Below the pieces are notes generated by a model. The model did not search any database, had not been told where the DNA came from, and saw nothing but the letters and a program-made list of their open reading frames with translations. Shown here piece by piece: positions 11,833 to 24,205 of a stretch of 64,000 bases of DNA. Numbering within the stretch: the stretch's first letter is position 1; each line of letters starts with the position of its first letter. The DNA comes from Octopus sinensis (Eukaryota): NCBI RefSeq assembly GCF_006345805.1, contig NC_043002.1:69316001-69380000 (forward strand), in the 5' to 3' direction. Both the position numbers and the translations under genes were made by a program.

Positions 11833-11974
11833 GATAACATCAGTTGCAACAGCAAAAACATAGTATCTGCAACAATAAGTTAAGCTCAAGTTCATTAATT
11901 TCGAGGGTGAAGGATTCACCCTGAGAATTTATGGGGATAATGTTACTACGAATCAATCTGGTGTTCTAGGTCTT

Positions 11975-13200
11975 GAAAACATATCGACCCCAAAAGAATG
12001 AAAGACAGAGTTGGCCTCGGCGGGGTTTGAACTCAGGACGTAAAAATACCAGAAAATATACTGCCAACCATTTATTCCAACCCTGTACAGACTCTTCCAG
12101 TTTCAATCTACAGCAACGATAATAATAAACTAATAAGAGATGATCTGAACACGGACCCTGAACATATTATGTAAAAGCAGCCAAACCTTGCTCAAAAACA
12201 TATACTCGTGTCTTGGAAAACCTCGTCTTCCATATACTATGATTGAAAATAAGACGAAATGGCCATGACTGGAATGTCATTCCTTTTGTCTGCTATATCA
12301 AAGCTGGCCTGATACAGTAATTAACAACGTAAACATCGCCATATGTAGTAATCTGGAAATATTGCCAGATCCATATAATGCAACAGGGAAAGACTTTCTT
12401 ACGTAAGGAACCAGCTTGAATTTCCCTTGAAGTTATATCTAAATAAGAAACATTTAATGAGCAAGCGAGTGTCACCATGGGATCGCTTGAACTGCTAGAA
12501 ATATCCGTCAAGTTTCCTTCAAATCATATTTTAGTATCTTAAAAAGATAACGTACACATTAGCTAATGTAACCTTAAAATATACCTGTTTCTGAATGGGA
12601 TGATCAAAACTGGAGCGTCTTTGAAATTATGTCTGAGGCTGGTTGAGTAATAACCTAGAAATATCCCAACCTCCATATAGTGTCAGAGGGAAAGAATTTA
12701 AAACTCTTATGTAAAGACGTAGTCAACAAATCAAGCGTAAATGTCCTGACACATCCGCTATAAGCAACAGACGATTGTTGCACAGAAAAAGAAAACAAAC
12801 TAGCATAAATTAATAATTCCCGATTTTGGCTCAAAACCAGCAATTTCGTGGGAGGGGACTTAGTCTAGTACTTTATTTTTTCGACCCCGAAAAGATGAAA
12901 AGCATGAACTAAGAACCCCGAAAGGATGGACTTAGAACGTGAAACCGGAAGAAATGCTGCTAGGAATTTTTGTCTGGTGAGCCAATGATTCTGATCGCTC
13001 GCTGCCTTGCTTTTTTTTATATTCGTTTCGACTATAGGTACAAGGCCTGAAATTTCGTGGGTAGGGAATCGATTATAAAGCCCACAGTGCTCAACTGGAA
13101 CTGTATTTTATCGACCCCGAAGGGATGAAAGGCAAAATCGACCTTGGCGGAATTTGAAGTCAGAACATCAAAACGGACAAAACGACGATAAGCATTTATT
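11975..13200 (-). mobile_element. Three SINE family B fragments (~11975-12065, ~12825-12990, ~13035-13200)
   Basis: tcgaccccgaaaggatgaaaggcaaa-type motifs. The DNA between the fragments is not SINE. Confidence 0.65.
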
Positions 13201-13210
13201 TTGTCCGGTA

Positions 13211-13413
13211 TACTCTTTTACTCTTTTACTTGATCCAGTCATTTGACTGTGGCCATGCTGGAGCTCCGCCTTTAGTCGCGCAAATCAACCCCAGGACTTA
13301 TTCTTTGTAAGCCTAGTACTTATTCTATCGGTCTCTTTTGCCGAACCGCTAAGTTACGGGGACGTAAACACACCACCATCGGTTATCAAGCGATGTTGGG
13401 TGGGGGGACACAA

Positions 13414-13450
<37 letters not shown>

Positions 13451-13590
13451 CATATATACAACGGGCTTCTTTCAGTTTCCGTCTACCAAATCCACTCACA
13501 CGGCTTTGGTCGGCCCGAGGCTCTAGTGAGAAGACACTTGCCCATGTGGTTCGTAAGCAAGCTACTTACCACACAGCCATTCCTACGCCT
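13211..13590 (-). mobile_element. SINE family A with internal deletion
   Basis: Tail, body, microsatellite and head ending cacagccattcctacgcct. Confidence 0.9.
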
Positions 13591-13644
13591 AATATGCCAA
13601 CGATTCTGTTAGCTCACCACCTTGTTCTTAATAATAATTATAAT

Positions 13645-14030
13645 GTTTTCTTTATTTATTACAAAGGTAATAATAGAATACAAAGGGCCAGGACACATTG
13701 CAATAAACATAAATATTTTCATAGAAAGCTTGTAAACGGGAAGATCAAAATATACAGGCTAACGAAAATTGATAGACTCTATAGAATGGAACCCTACTGA
13801 TGGTTAATCAAAGAACCACACACATCTTGTGTGTGGTTCTTTGAGAAGCTTGATCATTTAGGAGCTATCGTTTCTCAGTTAACGTCGAACGTGTAGTGTA
13901 GGCCCGTTTACTCGGGCCATATTCGCCATTACAACCCCACTTTGGGAGAAACTTTTCTTCCCCTCTATCCTCACTTTTCTCGCAAAAAGAAACTTTAAAA
14001 AGTCGATGAGAATTGGGCTGAAGAATCCCG
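13645..14030 (-). pseudogene. L1/Tx1-like LINE 3' fragment
   Basis: Diverged homolog of 9427-9960 (shared ttattacaaaggtaataat, gagaagcttgatcattta, ttttcttcccctcta). Confidence 0.55.
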
Positions 14031-15594
14031 ATAAGCATTTTGTCCGATGCGATCACTATTCCGTCAGTTCGCTGCTTTAACAAGCATTGATTAATGGAAA
14101 TAGGAACAAAAACAAAACGCTGCAGGTTCTCTAGCTATGTGCGTCTCTGTATTTCATCTCTTACGATTTAATATATCAGTTTGCAATAACAACCACTACA
14201 ACAACGATATCAACAACAGCAGCAGCAGCAACAACAACAACAACAACAACAACACAACAACAACAATAAAATATCCGAGAATTATAAAAGAAGGATCAAA
14301 TAATAATAAAAAAAAAGAACGTTGTATAATAGAAAAGTAAAGCGAACTTGTAAACTTACCTGGAGAACAGTTTCAGAGAAAAATCAAATGTTAGGTTTGA
14401 GGTAAGAACATTTCACTTTGACAGATTTACAAATGAGGATAAAAGAAATAGCAGTTATTAAAATAGAATATGAGTTTCTCTCAATATAAAACCTTCACGA
14501 TCGGAACCAACCAACAAAACTATGTAAACAAGGTGAGATTTAAAATGTAAAGGTATTCTTTTACGATAAATTACGAAATTCTTGGTTGAAAATGTGCACG
14601 ACTCAAACTCAGGTGCGACTTATTTTATATCTTTGATTCAAACTTTTTGCGTGACATTGTTGTTGCTGTTTGTGTCATGAAATTATAATGTATCCGTGGG
14701 AGTGGGGAAAACAGGTGAAGTTGAAATCTCCTCTACGTTTTAAAATTGAATGAAATAGTCATCTTTTAATAAGTAGCCTCGTTTTCGTTTTTGAAATTGG
14801 TTTGTATTTATTTACAATGGAGCTCAGGATTTTTGGTGTTGATAACATAAAATTGTTGGCTGTTTTCTTTAGGATGGATGGATGGATAGAAAAAAAAAAC
14901 ACCTCTTGGTTTCACATTATAATCTTAAGAAAATAATGGAAGGTAAAAAGACACGATTAACAATGATTATGTATTTAACATGGATTTGTTTGGCTTTGTG
15001 ACAGAGTTTAGATGTACGTCCAGATTGTTGGATAGTCGACCAGCTTAGCTTATTACCTGTTACTTCTCACCTGTTCTCTATAAACCTAATACTGACATTC
15101 AGTGGGCCACCGATAGTGACGGTAGGAGAAGAGGCGGAGGGCGAAGAGGCGGAGGGCGAAGAGGTTTTATGTGGTAGACAACAGGAGCAAATGAGGGAGC
15201 GGGGAGGTGAAATAATATCCACACCTCTACTTCTCATTCAATGCGAATTGCTTTACTTGTCGTGGTAGTGGCGGTGGCAGTGTTGTTGGGGTGGTGGTGG
15301 CGACGGTGACTGGGATAACAATGTGCTATGTTATAGGAAGGGTGGGGGTGGGGGGAGAAGTCTGATTTGTCGATAAAAATTCTATCCTCCACCGCCTCCG
15401 CCACCAACGTCGCCAACGTCGCTGTGCGTCTTTTGTCGTTGTTATTACTATTGTTACTGCCAGTGTAGTGGCGGCGGTGGGGTGGCGGCTATGATAGCAA
15501 TGGTTAGGCGCTGTGGTTGGAGGTGGTCATGGCGGTTTGGTAGTAGCCGGGAGGAGTCATTCATCGCTGTTAATACTTAGCGCATCTGTATGCT

Positions 15595-15677
<83 letters not shown>

Positions 15678-15681
<4 letters not shown>

Positions 15682-15925
15682 GCTTTATTCAAAAGCAGCA
15701 GAAAATTCAACGCAACCTGTTATTCTGAGTTTCACGTTCCCGTTCGCCGGACAGTTTTTGCTAGAAAAAACTGTCCGACGAACGGGAACGTGAAACTCAG
15801 AGTAACAGGTTTTGTTGAATTTTCTGCTGCTTTTGAATAAAGCATATTACTCTACCACTGGTATTTGAGTACTCTTTTTTTCACCTTGTTTCACATTTAT
15901 GTGTTTACTCCGGTATATATATATT
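15678..15925. mobile_element. Penelope-like terminus with a 170-bp palindrome (15678-15847), in (TA)n
   Basis: Arms of ~83 bp around a central CTAG (15761-15764), each carrying a hammerhead motif. Confidence 0.7.
15765..15813 (+). ncRNA. Minimal type I hammerhead ribozyme (U4C core variant)
   Basis: Stem I CUGU/ACAG, core CCGACGA 15775-15781, stem II ACG-GGAA-CGU, GAAA 15792-15795, stem III CUC-A-GAG, GUA cleavage after 15804. Confidence 0.7.
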
Positions 15926-16048
15926 TATAATAACAAAATATTTGCGCTGAAAACCCCATTTGGATAAACGTCGCAGGCTATCCAATACATGTGTGTGTGT
16001 GTGTGTATGTGTGTGTGTGTGTGTGGTGTGTGTGTGTGTGTGTGTGTG

Positions 16049-16083
<35 letters not shown>

Positions 16084-16129
16084 TTATTCGTTCGTCGCTC
16101 TGACGAAGATCATCTAATGATTAGGTGGT

Positions 16130-16890
16130 GACCGGTCCTCATGAGTGTGCCGATGGTTAGTTAAATGAGCGTACAGAAGTATCTTAGGCAGTATGGACAG
16201 AGACAGCAGGTGGCAGTGGGAGAGCTGAAGGCATTTTCTTTTCTAGTCTGCGTTGCTCAGCCACAGTTACACCCAAAGGCTCCACATGTCTTGGATTCCT
16301 TACAGATTTCTGGACGCCATTCTCTGTCAGATGCTATTTGCTTTCACTATTTATGGTTGAATTTGAACACCGTCAGTGAAGTTTTTAGTGTGTTTTTGCA
16401 GCACTTTACCTGGCTTCCACGGGAGAGTTTACCATACTGGAGTTTATTGCAGAAGAGCTTTTTTTAGGAGCCAGTGGTTTGGCTCGTGAACAACGTAACC
16501 TGCTTAGCGCAGTTGTGACTGCATCAGAATCGTATGGATGCTGGGCAGTTTAGCACAAGAGAGTACCTCTGTGTCATACATCCTGTTCCGTCACTTGATG
16601 TCGAGAATTATTCTGGGGCGAGTAGAATGGAAGTGACTACATGTTGGTAGGCAGTTCATTCTTAAAGACCATAGAGAAGTGAGTTGAGAATTATGGTCCG
16701 GTACATATTAATCTTTGTCGCTGAGGTGATGCCTCTACTCTTCCATACATTCTTGTGGACTCTGCCAAATGCATCGCTGGCCTTGGCGACACTGGGATTC
16801 TCTTCACCAGTCACAGTTCGGAGAGTAGGCTTCTCAGTCAGGTGAACTTTTTCCACTTCATTCTGTCGTTCAATCAAACTCTGGAGCAAT
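16130..16890 (-). pseudogene. RTE-clade LINE fragment
   Basis: VAKASDAFGRVHKNVWKSRGITSATKINMYRTIILNSLLYG, typical of the RTE post-RT region. Confidence 0.8.
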
Positions 16891-17109
16891 TATTAATGTC
16901 TGCATAGATCTTTCACTCTGACTTATAAGTACGAAGCCTTGCATTCTCGGAAGACAAGGTTTTACGAGGGGCTGCTGAAAAGTTCCTAGCTTTAAGGGTA
17001 TCGTGAACCTGAAAGGCCTGGCTGGAGGCCCAGCATTCCGAGTTCTTTTACAGGGCTTTGAAAAACTGAAGGACCGCTGCAATAAGTGTATGAATCTGAG
17101 AAGGGAATA

Positions 17110-18398
17110 CGAGGGACGTTCAATAAGTAATGCCTCTGACCCACTTGCAGTTGTTTGATTAGCTGAAATTTTGCATGTGCAATCATTTATATCTCTATAG
17201 AGTAAGTGGCAAATTACAGCCCTGAATTCATCGTGGTTTCTGATCTACAGGTGTTTGAACCGAGTCAAGTGTGAAATGGAGCCTGTTGAGTGTCGAGCAG
17301 TGATCCGGTTTTTCTATTTGAAAGGACGCACACCACGGGAGACTTTTGATGAAATGAAAGTAACTTATGGTGATGATGCCCCATCATATGACCTTGTAAA
17401 ACGCTGGCATCGTGAATTCAAACATGGTCGGAACTCTGTGGAAACAGCTCCCAGATCTGGTCGCCCCCTTCTGCCATTGATGAGGCATCTGTCCGTCAAG
17501 TTGAGGCTGCCATTTTGGAATATCGACGCATAATTATTCGCCAAATAGCCCATGAGGTCAAGATTAGTACCGGGTCTGTGGAAACTATCATTCATGACCA
17601 TTTGCATATGCAAAAGGTGTCTGCCAGATGGATTCCCAGGTTGCTCACGCCTTTCCAGAAGCAAGAACGCGTCGAGTGCTCGAGGGTGAATTTGGAGATG
17701 TGCCAAGAAGATGAGTCAAAATTTTTCAAAAGACTGATTACACAGGATGAAACCTGGGTCCATCACGATGATCCAGAGACCAAAGCCCAGTCAATGCAGT
17801 GGAAGCACCGTGACTCACCCCCTCCAAAGAAGGCAAGGGTGCAGCCCTCCGCTGGCAAGGTCATGCTCACAGTCTTCTGGGACCAGGACGGAGTAGTGAT
17901 GACAGATTTCCTGGCAAAGGGTACCACAATTGCAGGAGCCTATTATGCTTCACTTTTGAGGAAATTAGAGAAGTTATCAAAATCAAGAGGCGGGGCAAGA
18001 TCAGCAAAGGCATCCTCCTCCTGCAGGACAACGCTCCGGTCCACAACTCGCTTGTCGCCAGATCAGAAGCACAGGCGTATGGCTATGAACTCCTCCCAAT
18101 CCCCCCTACTTTCCTGACCTTGCACCCTCTGATTTTCACCTCTTCCCAATCATGAAGTTGTTTTTGAAAGGAAAGCGTTTCCCAGATGATGCAGCCTTGA
18201 TTTCTGAAGTCACGTTGAGGTTGGAGGACCAAGCTGGGTTCTTCTACAAAAACAGTCTCCAGAGCCGCATCAAACGATGGGAGAAATGCGTAACTCTGGG
18301 TGGTTCCTATGTAGAAAAAGACTAATAACTGTGCCAAGTTTCGTTGCTCTACTGCTATGGGAAGTGGGTCAGGGGCATTACTTATTGAACGCCCCTCG
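17110..18398 (+). mobile_element. Mariner transposon, full length (1289 bp)
   Basis: ~37-bp TIRs cgagggacgttcaataagtaatgcctctgacccactt / aagtgggtcaggggcattacttattgaacgcccctcg; TA duplication at 17108-17109 and 18399-18400. Confidence 0.97.
17276..18325 (+). pseudogene. Mariner D,D34D transposase, several frameshifts
   Basis: MEPVECRAVIRFF..RSGRP, WIPRLLT, TQDETW, FWDQDG, LQDNAPVH, (S)PYFPDLAPSDFHLF, ending YVEKD*. Confidence 0.95.
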
Positions 18399-18549
18399 TA
18401 CGTTGAATAAAATCATAATTAAGAGATCCTCTTAGAGATCCTATTTTCTTTTACCCAAAGCAAGGAACTGTTCAGCACCTCCTTGTACACATTAACAACT
18501 TTCAGTTCCTTTTTAATAGCCTCAGTAGTGATATCATCATTACTTTATA

Positions 18550-19700
18550 TATAACAAATATATTTGCTAAAACGGCAAACACTTTCTGAAATCTACTTTA
18601 AGGCATGAGGGAGTCGCCTTAAGATAAATTCTTGGCCTTATTAAAAGTAATTTTAGGATCAACCACATTAGGAGAAAGTAGGTTCTTTTCATACAATATT
18701 TTTTCATATTTTTCTCGGGTATAGTCTCAATACATTTTGTTTGAGACAGAACGCACTCTTTGTTCTTCTAAGATTTAGGGTAAAGTTCTGTAATCAGGAA
18801 AGTATTACACGACCGTTTAGCTCTTATATTCGGTTGTAATAGACTCTGATACCTGATATTTTGTGTAGACACCATAGATAGTTATACCTGAAATAAAATG
18901 TACTTTTGGGGATCCAAAACAAAACCAGGAAAATCTCTAATTTGCTATTCATTTTTTATTATATAACCTAAATGTTTATTAAAAAAGCCTTGCCAAGCTC
19001 TTATTTGTTCCCAATAATACAACAATTCTCGAGATTTGTACGACTTATAAACGTCAATCAATACACAAGCAGTCATGTTTAGTCTATTTAAATAACAACC
19101 ATAAGTCAGACTATAACGCAATCCACCATGTCATTATTCGTCAAATATGTGGAAACATCTTCCAGTTCTCTGTATGACGAGTCATTATAGACTGGATAGA
19201 CCAATGTGTGGTGATACAGAATAAAAATATAGAGGAATATAACACCTATTATTAATTACTGTTTTCTTTTTCTCAGACTAATTGTATAGACCAGTTCCTG
19301 TTAGTGTCTCATGTCAAATGGATGCATAAAACTCCTAGAATCCAGGTTCCAGTTTAAATTATAATAAGCTCACCATACAGATAGTCTTATTAATGGCTAG
19401 CTCGTCTATAGTAAAACTTTATCTGAACTTTCTATTTAAGTCTTTCCGGTACACCACGAATGTACAGTTGATATGGAATAGAGTGCAACAATACGAATAC
19501 ATTAAATGATCCCATCAGCAAACTTGATAAATAGTAAGAATTTCTATTAGGTCTAATTTAGTTTATTGAATTTTAATATAGTTTAGTCAGATATCTGGAC
19601 AATGCTTTGACAAACAATTGTAATGATCGGAACAAAACCAGGAGCTATTAAACATTGACCGCCAGATAGCCTTACATGGTCTCAAGGAAAATATAGCTGA
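18550..19700 (-). pseudogene. Highly decayed LINE reverse transcriptase
   Basis: Minus-strand remnants IKFADG (FADD-like), ELAINKTICM and ILGVL in RT order, with many stops; boundaries uncertain. Confidence 0.45.
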
Positions 19701-20404
19701 TTAAGGAAATCTCACTTTCTTTAATTTTCTCTTTTCATCTCTTGCAGGAGAAGTGGGTAGTGTTTAGAACCGAAAGACAAACAGCCATGATTCGGTAAGA
19801 TCTCGCTGCCATTAGTAAAACAGTCTGATAGTGATGGGTTTAGTGGAATCGTTGAGCACTGGAAAAAATGCCTTGTGATATTTCTTCTGAATCAATACTC
19901 TCTCAGTTAAAAATCCCGCTGAGATTCATTTTGCCTTTATATTCTTCCGAGGTCGATAAAATAAATGACCAGTCAAGAATTGTGGACATTATAACCGACT
20001 TACACCTCCCTATCAAATCCCAGCCTTTGCGCCTATGTTACAAACAACTGGCACTAATAAAGACTTCATAGCTATTATTCTATAATTATTGTGTAAGTAA
20101 AGTAAATGCATCTTCGTCGGTTTCAACGATGAGTTTTCAGTCATTCGATCATCCGAATTATTCGCACGTTATATTAGTTTTTATAAGGCTTAGTATTCCT
20201 CAAACACGCGTGCCCTTAATATAATCCTCCGGCAGAATCAGCGTGACACAGTGTAACAAACTGATATCATTCAGTTACGGCCTGAGTCCATTCGACGAGT
20301 TTTCACACATTTTCACATCTACGCGATTTCACTTGGGGTCAAGACGTGGAATCGAAACAAGGTTCTCAGGATATTGCAGACACACACACACATACTCACA
20401 CACA

Positions 20405-20447
<43 letters not shown>

Positions 20448-20635
20448 CACGCACGTACGCACGCACGCACACTCTACCACACAATGTAAATACACATGCG
20501 TGTGTGCAAATATAAAAAATTATGTAGTAGAGTTCTTTCCCTTGTATTACAAACCGATTTAATTTTTGAACTGAGTTACCTCCCTTGGATACAGTCTCCT
20601 GTTTCAGCCAAACTATGATATCAATTACAGCGTTG

Positions 20636-20810
20636 GTTGAGCTGGCAGAATCGTTAGTGAGTCGAACAAAATGCGTAACGTTATTTCTTCTGGCCCTTTA
20701 CCGCTGAGGTTAGCTTTACCTTTCATCCTTTTAGGATCGAGAAAATAAAATACCAGTCAAGTGCTGGGATCGATGTAATGACCTAACCTCTTTCTTTAAA
20801 ATTACTAGCA
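20636..20810 (+). mobile_element. SINE family B, diverged
   Basis: gagctggcagaatcgttag head and cctttcatccttttaggatcga central motif. Confidence 0.7.
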
Positions 20811-21189
20811 ATTTTTTTTCTTTTACAGGTTTCTGTCATTGCCTGCAGCCATACTGGAGCAACAGCAAGTATATTAGTCAATTATACCGCTCTAGTACAT
20901 ATTTCAGTTTGGTATCAGTTTTATAGATTTCACTTTATCGAATTGTGATGCTACAAGAAAGAAACGTAAATAACACCACTTTTTTTTTCTTTTTTTAGAC
21001 CATGTCCAACGTGTTAACAAAAACAGAATGGCTTTCGACCATTTCTTCAACACAAAACATCAACTTTGCGTTGTCAGAGCAAGAGCTCGTACGTTAAAAC
21101 AAGAAAAAAAAAAAAACGGAAGCTGTTGCGCGACATGGCAACATAGTCACAATTCCGACCAGGACGGGCGCATGCTAAGTCCAAGCAGA

Positions 21190-22886
21190 TGTGTGCAGTG
21201 TTCCAGTAGAATTTTGCTCAACTGAGTAAGCAACAAGTGAGAAACGGTTATGGATTTAAGCATCTGTCTCAACAGCATCCCGTGGCTCTCGGCAGAAGAC
21301 GCAAAGCACTATAAATGACTAATAAAAACAACTGAGAAGTATTGAGTGGTTGCAGAAGGGACAAAATGGCCCAGTTTGGATGGTCTACCTAATAAATTTT
21401 ATAGTTATATGCCAGACTTGTTTGAGATCTCTTGTCAAACGTCTATCGCAAGTGGCAGCAAAAGGGGGGAGAATTCTCAGTTCTATGAGCCGGAGCGCAT
21501 TAACGCTGCTAGAAAAGGACTTAATAAAGGGGACACTATAAATACACAATTTCCGGCTTATAGCCCTGATAAATGCAGTGTTTAAGATTCCGGCTAAGGT
21601 GTTAACAATGAGTTTGGTGCTTGTCGTCGGTTGTTTTGTCTGGGATGCAATCCTCAATAAATCCATCTACAACAGTACCTACTTCATGCGATACGTCACA
21701 GAGGAAGGGGCTAACAAACCTGGTGTTCGTGGAGTCTCGATTGATTTGAGTCAGTCGAAAGCTTTCGATAGAGTCGACTATTGCTACCTGGTAAAAATCC
21801 TAAAAGCTATTGGTTTCGCACCCGATTTTTCAGAAGCAAGATCGCAGCGATACACAATGGTGGTCAAGGCAAACAACCTCCTTTCAGAACCGCAATACAT
21901 CTCGTGCTCATTCCTTGAGAAGTGCTATTTCTCATATCTTCTACACATATTGATTCTCGAGCCATTGACACGAAAGCTAGAACTCTTCAGAGGCATGTCT
22001 TTGGAGCAGGGATGCGGAAGAGCTGTATCGGCGTGTACGGATATCATCACCATAATTGTGTCAGACACCACGGAACTGCAAGTAGTCTATTTCATTCTAA
22101 AGGTATGCGCGGCGATGGCAGAAACATTGATAATCATCATCATTGTTCGACCGTGGTCGAGACAATGGAATTTACCATGCTACGCCAGACTTCACGGTCC
22201 ATCATAGCATTACGGAGGTCCTGTTGCTGGATGCCTGTATCCCTGTAGATTACATCAAGGTAGGAGAGTGTGCGCCCTCTGGCATCGCGATTAGATGGCT
22301 TCTAGAGGAGAAGAGTAGAAATTGCCTCGTTTTCAGCTCTACAACAATGTCCAGCAAACTGGACTCTCCTACCTTTCACAACATAGATAAATCTAGACAA
22401 GTCAGTTGGCTTGTGAATCGGCATCTAGAAGGACAGTTCTATGTCGTCGAACAGCATAGGTGATGGCTCGAGAGAGGGGTAGGCTAAATTGCTCGGAGTC
22501 TGGTTTGGTACGAATCTCCAGATGGACAAATTCTGAGACAAGGTCGTGTGCAGAGTAGCTAACGTCACTCAGAAATGGGCTGCGAGGAGAGGAAGTTCTC
22601 CCTGAAATGTCGTGCAGAGGAGGCGAATACCTACATCACCTCAGGCATTACTCACCGCTTGGCAGTTGTACTTTGACCCAGTCCACGTTTGGCCAGATTG
22701 GAGCGTCTGCTTTTCTACTTCACGTGGAAGGGGTGCGTTTCACCTTTAGGCATACATCAGTTGCCAGCGCCCTCCGGAAGGCTGACAAGGTATGCTTAGA
22801 TTTCGCTTAGTTAGATTTCGGCCTGCCCTGAGCGCAAGGCCTCATGAGGTGAGAGCATAACCAGGTTATACAAGGCATTTGTTGTT
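21190..22886 (+). pseudogene. L1/Tx1-like LINE ORF2 remnant
   Basis: SLDGLPNKFY, SQSKAFDRVDYCYLVKILKAIGF and LHILILEPL motifs; frameshifted. Confidence 0.85.
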
Positions 22887-22908
22887 AATAATTATGTTCA
22901 ATAAATAA

Positions 22909-23121
22909 GACGGCAAGCTGGTAGAATCGTTAGCATTCCGGGCGAAATGCTTAGCGGTATTTTGTCCGTCTTCACGTTCTGAGTTCAAATTTCGCCGAGG
23001 TCAACTTTGTTTTTCATCCTTTCGGGGTCCACAAAATAAGTTCCCGTTGAGTACTGGGGTCGATGTAATCAACTTACCCAACTTCTCTGAAATTGCTGGC
23101 CTTGTGCCAAAATTTGAAATC
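22909..23121 (+). mobile_element. SINE family B
   Basis: A box, B box gagttcaaatt, central motif, flanking repeat aataattatgttcaat. Confidence 0.9.
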
Positions 23122-23137
23122 AATAATTATGTTCAAT

Positions 23138-23451
23138 GGAGGCGCAATGGCCCAGTGGTTAGGGCAGCGGATTCGTGGTCGGAGGATCGCGGTTTCGATT
23201 CCCGGATCGGGCGTTGTGTGTGTTTATTGAGCGAAAACACCTAAAAGCTCCACGAGGCTCCGGCAGGGGGTGGTGGCGACCCCTGTTGTACTCTTTGGCC
23301 CCAACTTTCTCTCACTCTCTCTTCCTGTTTCTTGAGTAACGCTGCGATGGACTGGCGTTCCGTCCAGCTGGGGGGAACAAATACGCCACAGAAACCGGGA
23401 AACCGGGCCCACGAGCCTGGCTAGGCTTGAAAAGGGTGCATAAATAAAATA
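23138..23451 (+). mobile_element. SINE family C (tRNA head with V-domain-like gatggactggcgttccgtccag)
   Basis: TGGCCCAGTGG A box, GTTTCGATTCC B box, TSD aattatgttcaat. Second copy at 48005. Confidence 0.9.
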
Positions 23452-23717
23452 AATTATGTTCAATGAATTGGTTATGCTTCTGCGATACACTAAATATTCA
23501 AATAATTTTTTTATTTACAGAATTCCAAGTAATATTTAATTATAAAAAATATAATAGGATTTTTAAAACATCAAATATCTGTGAAGGTCCAGTAGAGTTA
23601 ATAGGAATCAGAGGTGTCCATGGGTAAAAAATGGTCGAGGGTGTTGCACTCACGCACGGTTTCGATTCTAGGACAGGGTAGCGTGTTGTATATTCTTGAA
23701 CAAAACACTTCTTTTAA

Positions 23718-24205
23718 CCCGTCGTGGGTCAGCAGGGTCCCTTGGAACCTCAGCAAATTTTAAAATTTATGCAACTTTTACATTTTTTATTGAAATGATT
23801 TTATATCTCATGACTTTTATTGTCAATAGTCTACTTATGCACATACAAATTTTGAGTTAAAAATTTCCACTCATATGGATGTTATAGCATAAAATACGGT
23901 TATTGGTCTTCTGTGAAATTATTTTTTTCTGTTCCTTTTCTTCGTATTTGTTCTGGTATGAATCGATATACTAAATAATTTTGTTCTATTTTATATTTAG
24001 TGCTATATGTATAATTAATAAAACTATTTAAAAATGTTGATTTCTCTCAATAAATATTTTTATAGTCAATAAATTATAGTTTAATTCGCCTCCATTAAAC
24101 GCTGATGATTTGTGGATAGTGCGGAAATGCGCAAAAATAGAAGGGCGGTTCCTCGGGACCCCAATGGCCCTTTGTGTAATTCCAACCCTGCCGGTCCACG
24201 AAGGG
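23718..24205. mobile_element. piggyBac-like MITE
   Basis: TTAA|cccgtcgtgggtcagcagggt ... accctgccggtccacgaaggg|TTAA. Confidence 0.7.

Larger units (their letters stand above)
16965..18485 (+). mobile_element. Mariner-type MITE split by a mariner insertion
   Basis: The halves 16965-17107 and 18401-18485 rejoin at a TA into the MITE consensus; TA flanks. Confidence 0.85.

Noticed and set aside
23138-23215. tRNA genes at SINE heads (also 31860-31927, 48005-48075 and others)
   Set aside because: A and B boxes are present but cloverleaves are incomplete, and each runs into a SINE body.
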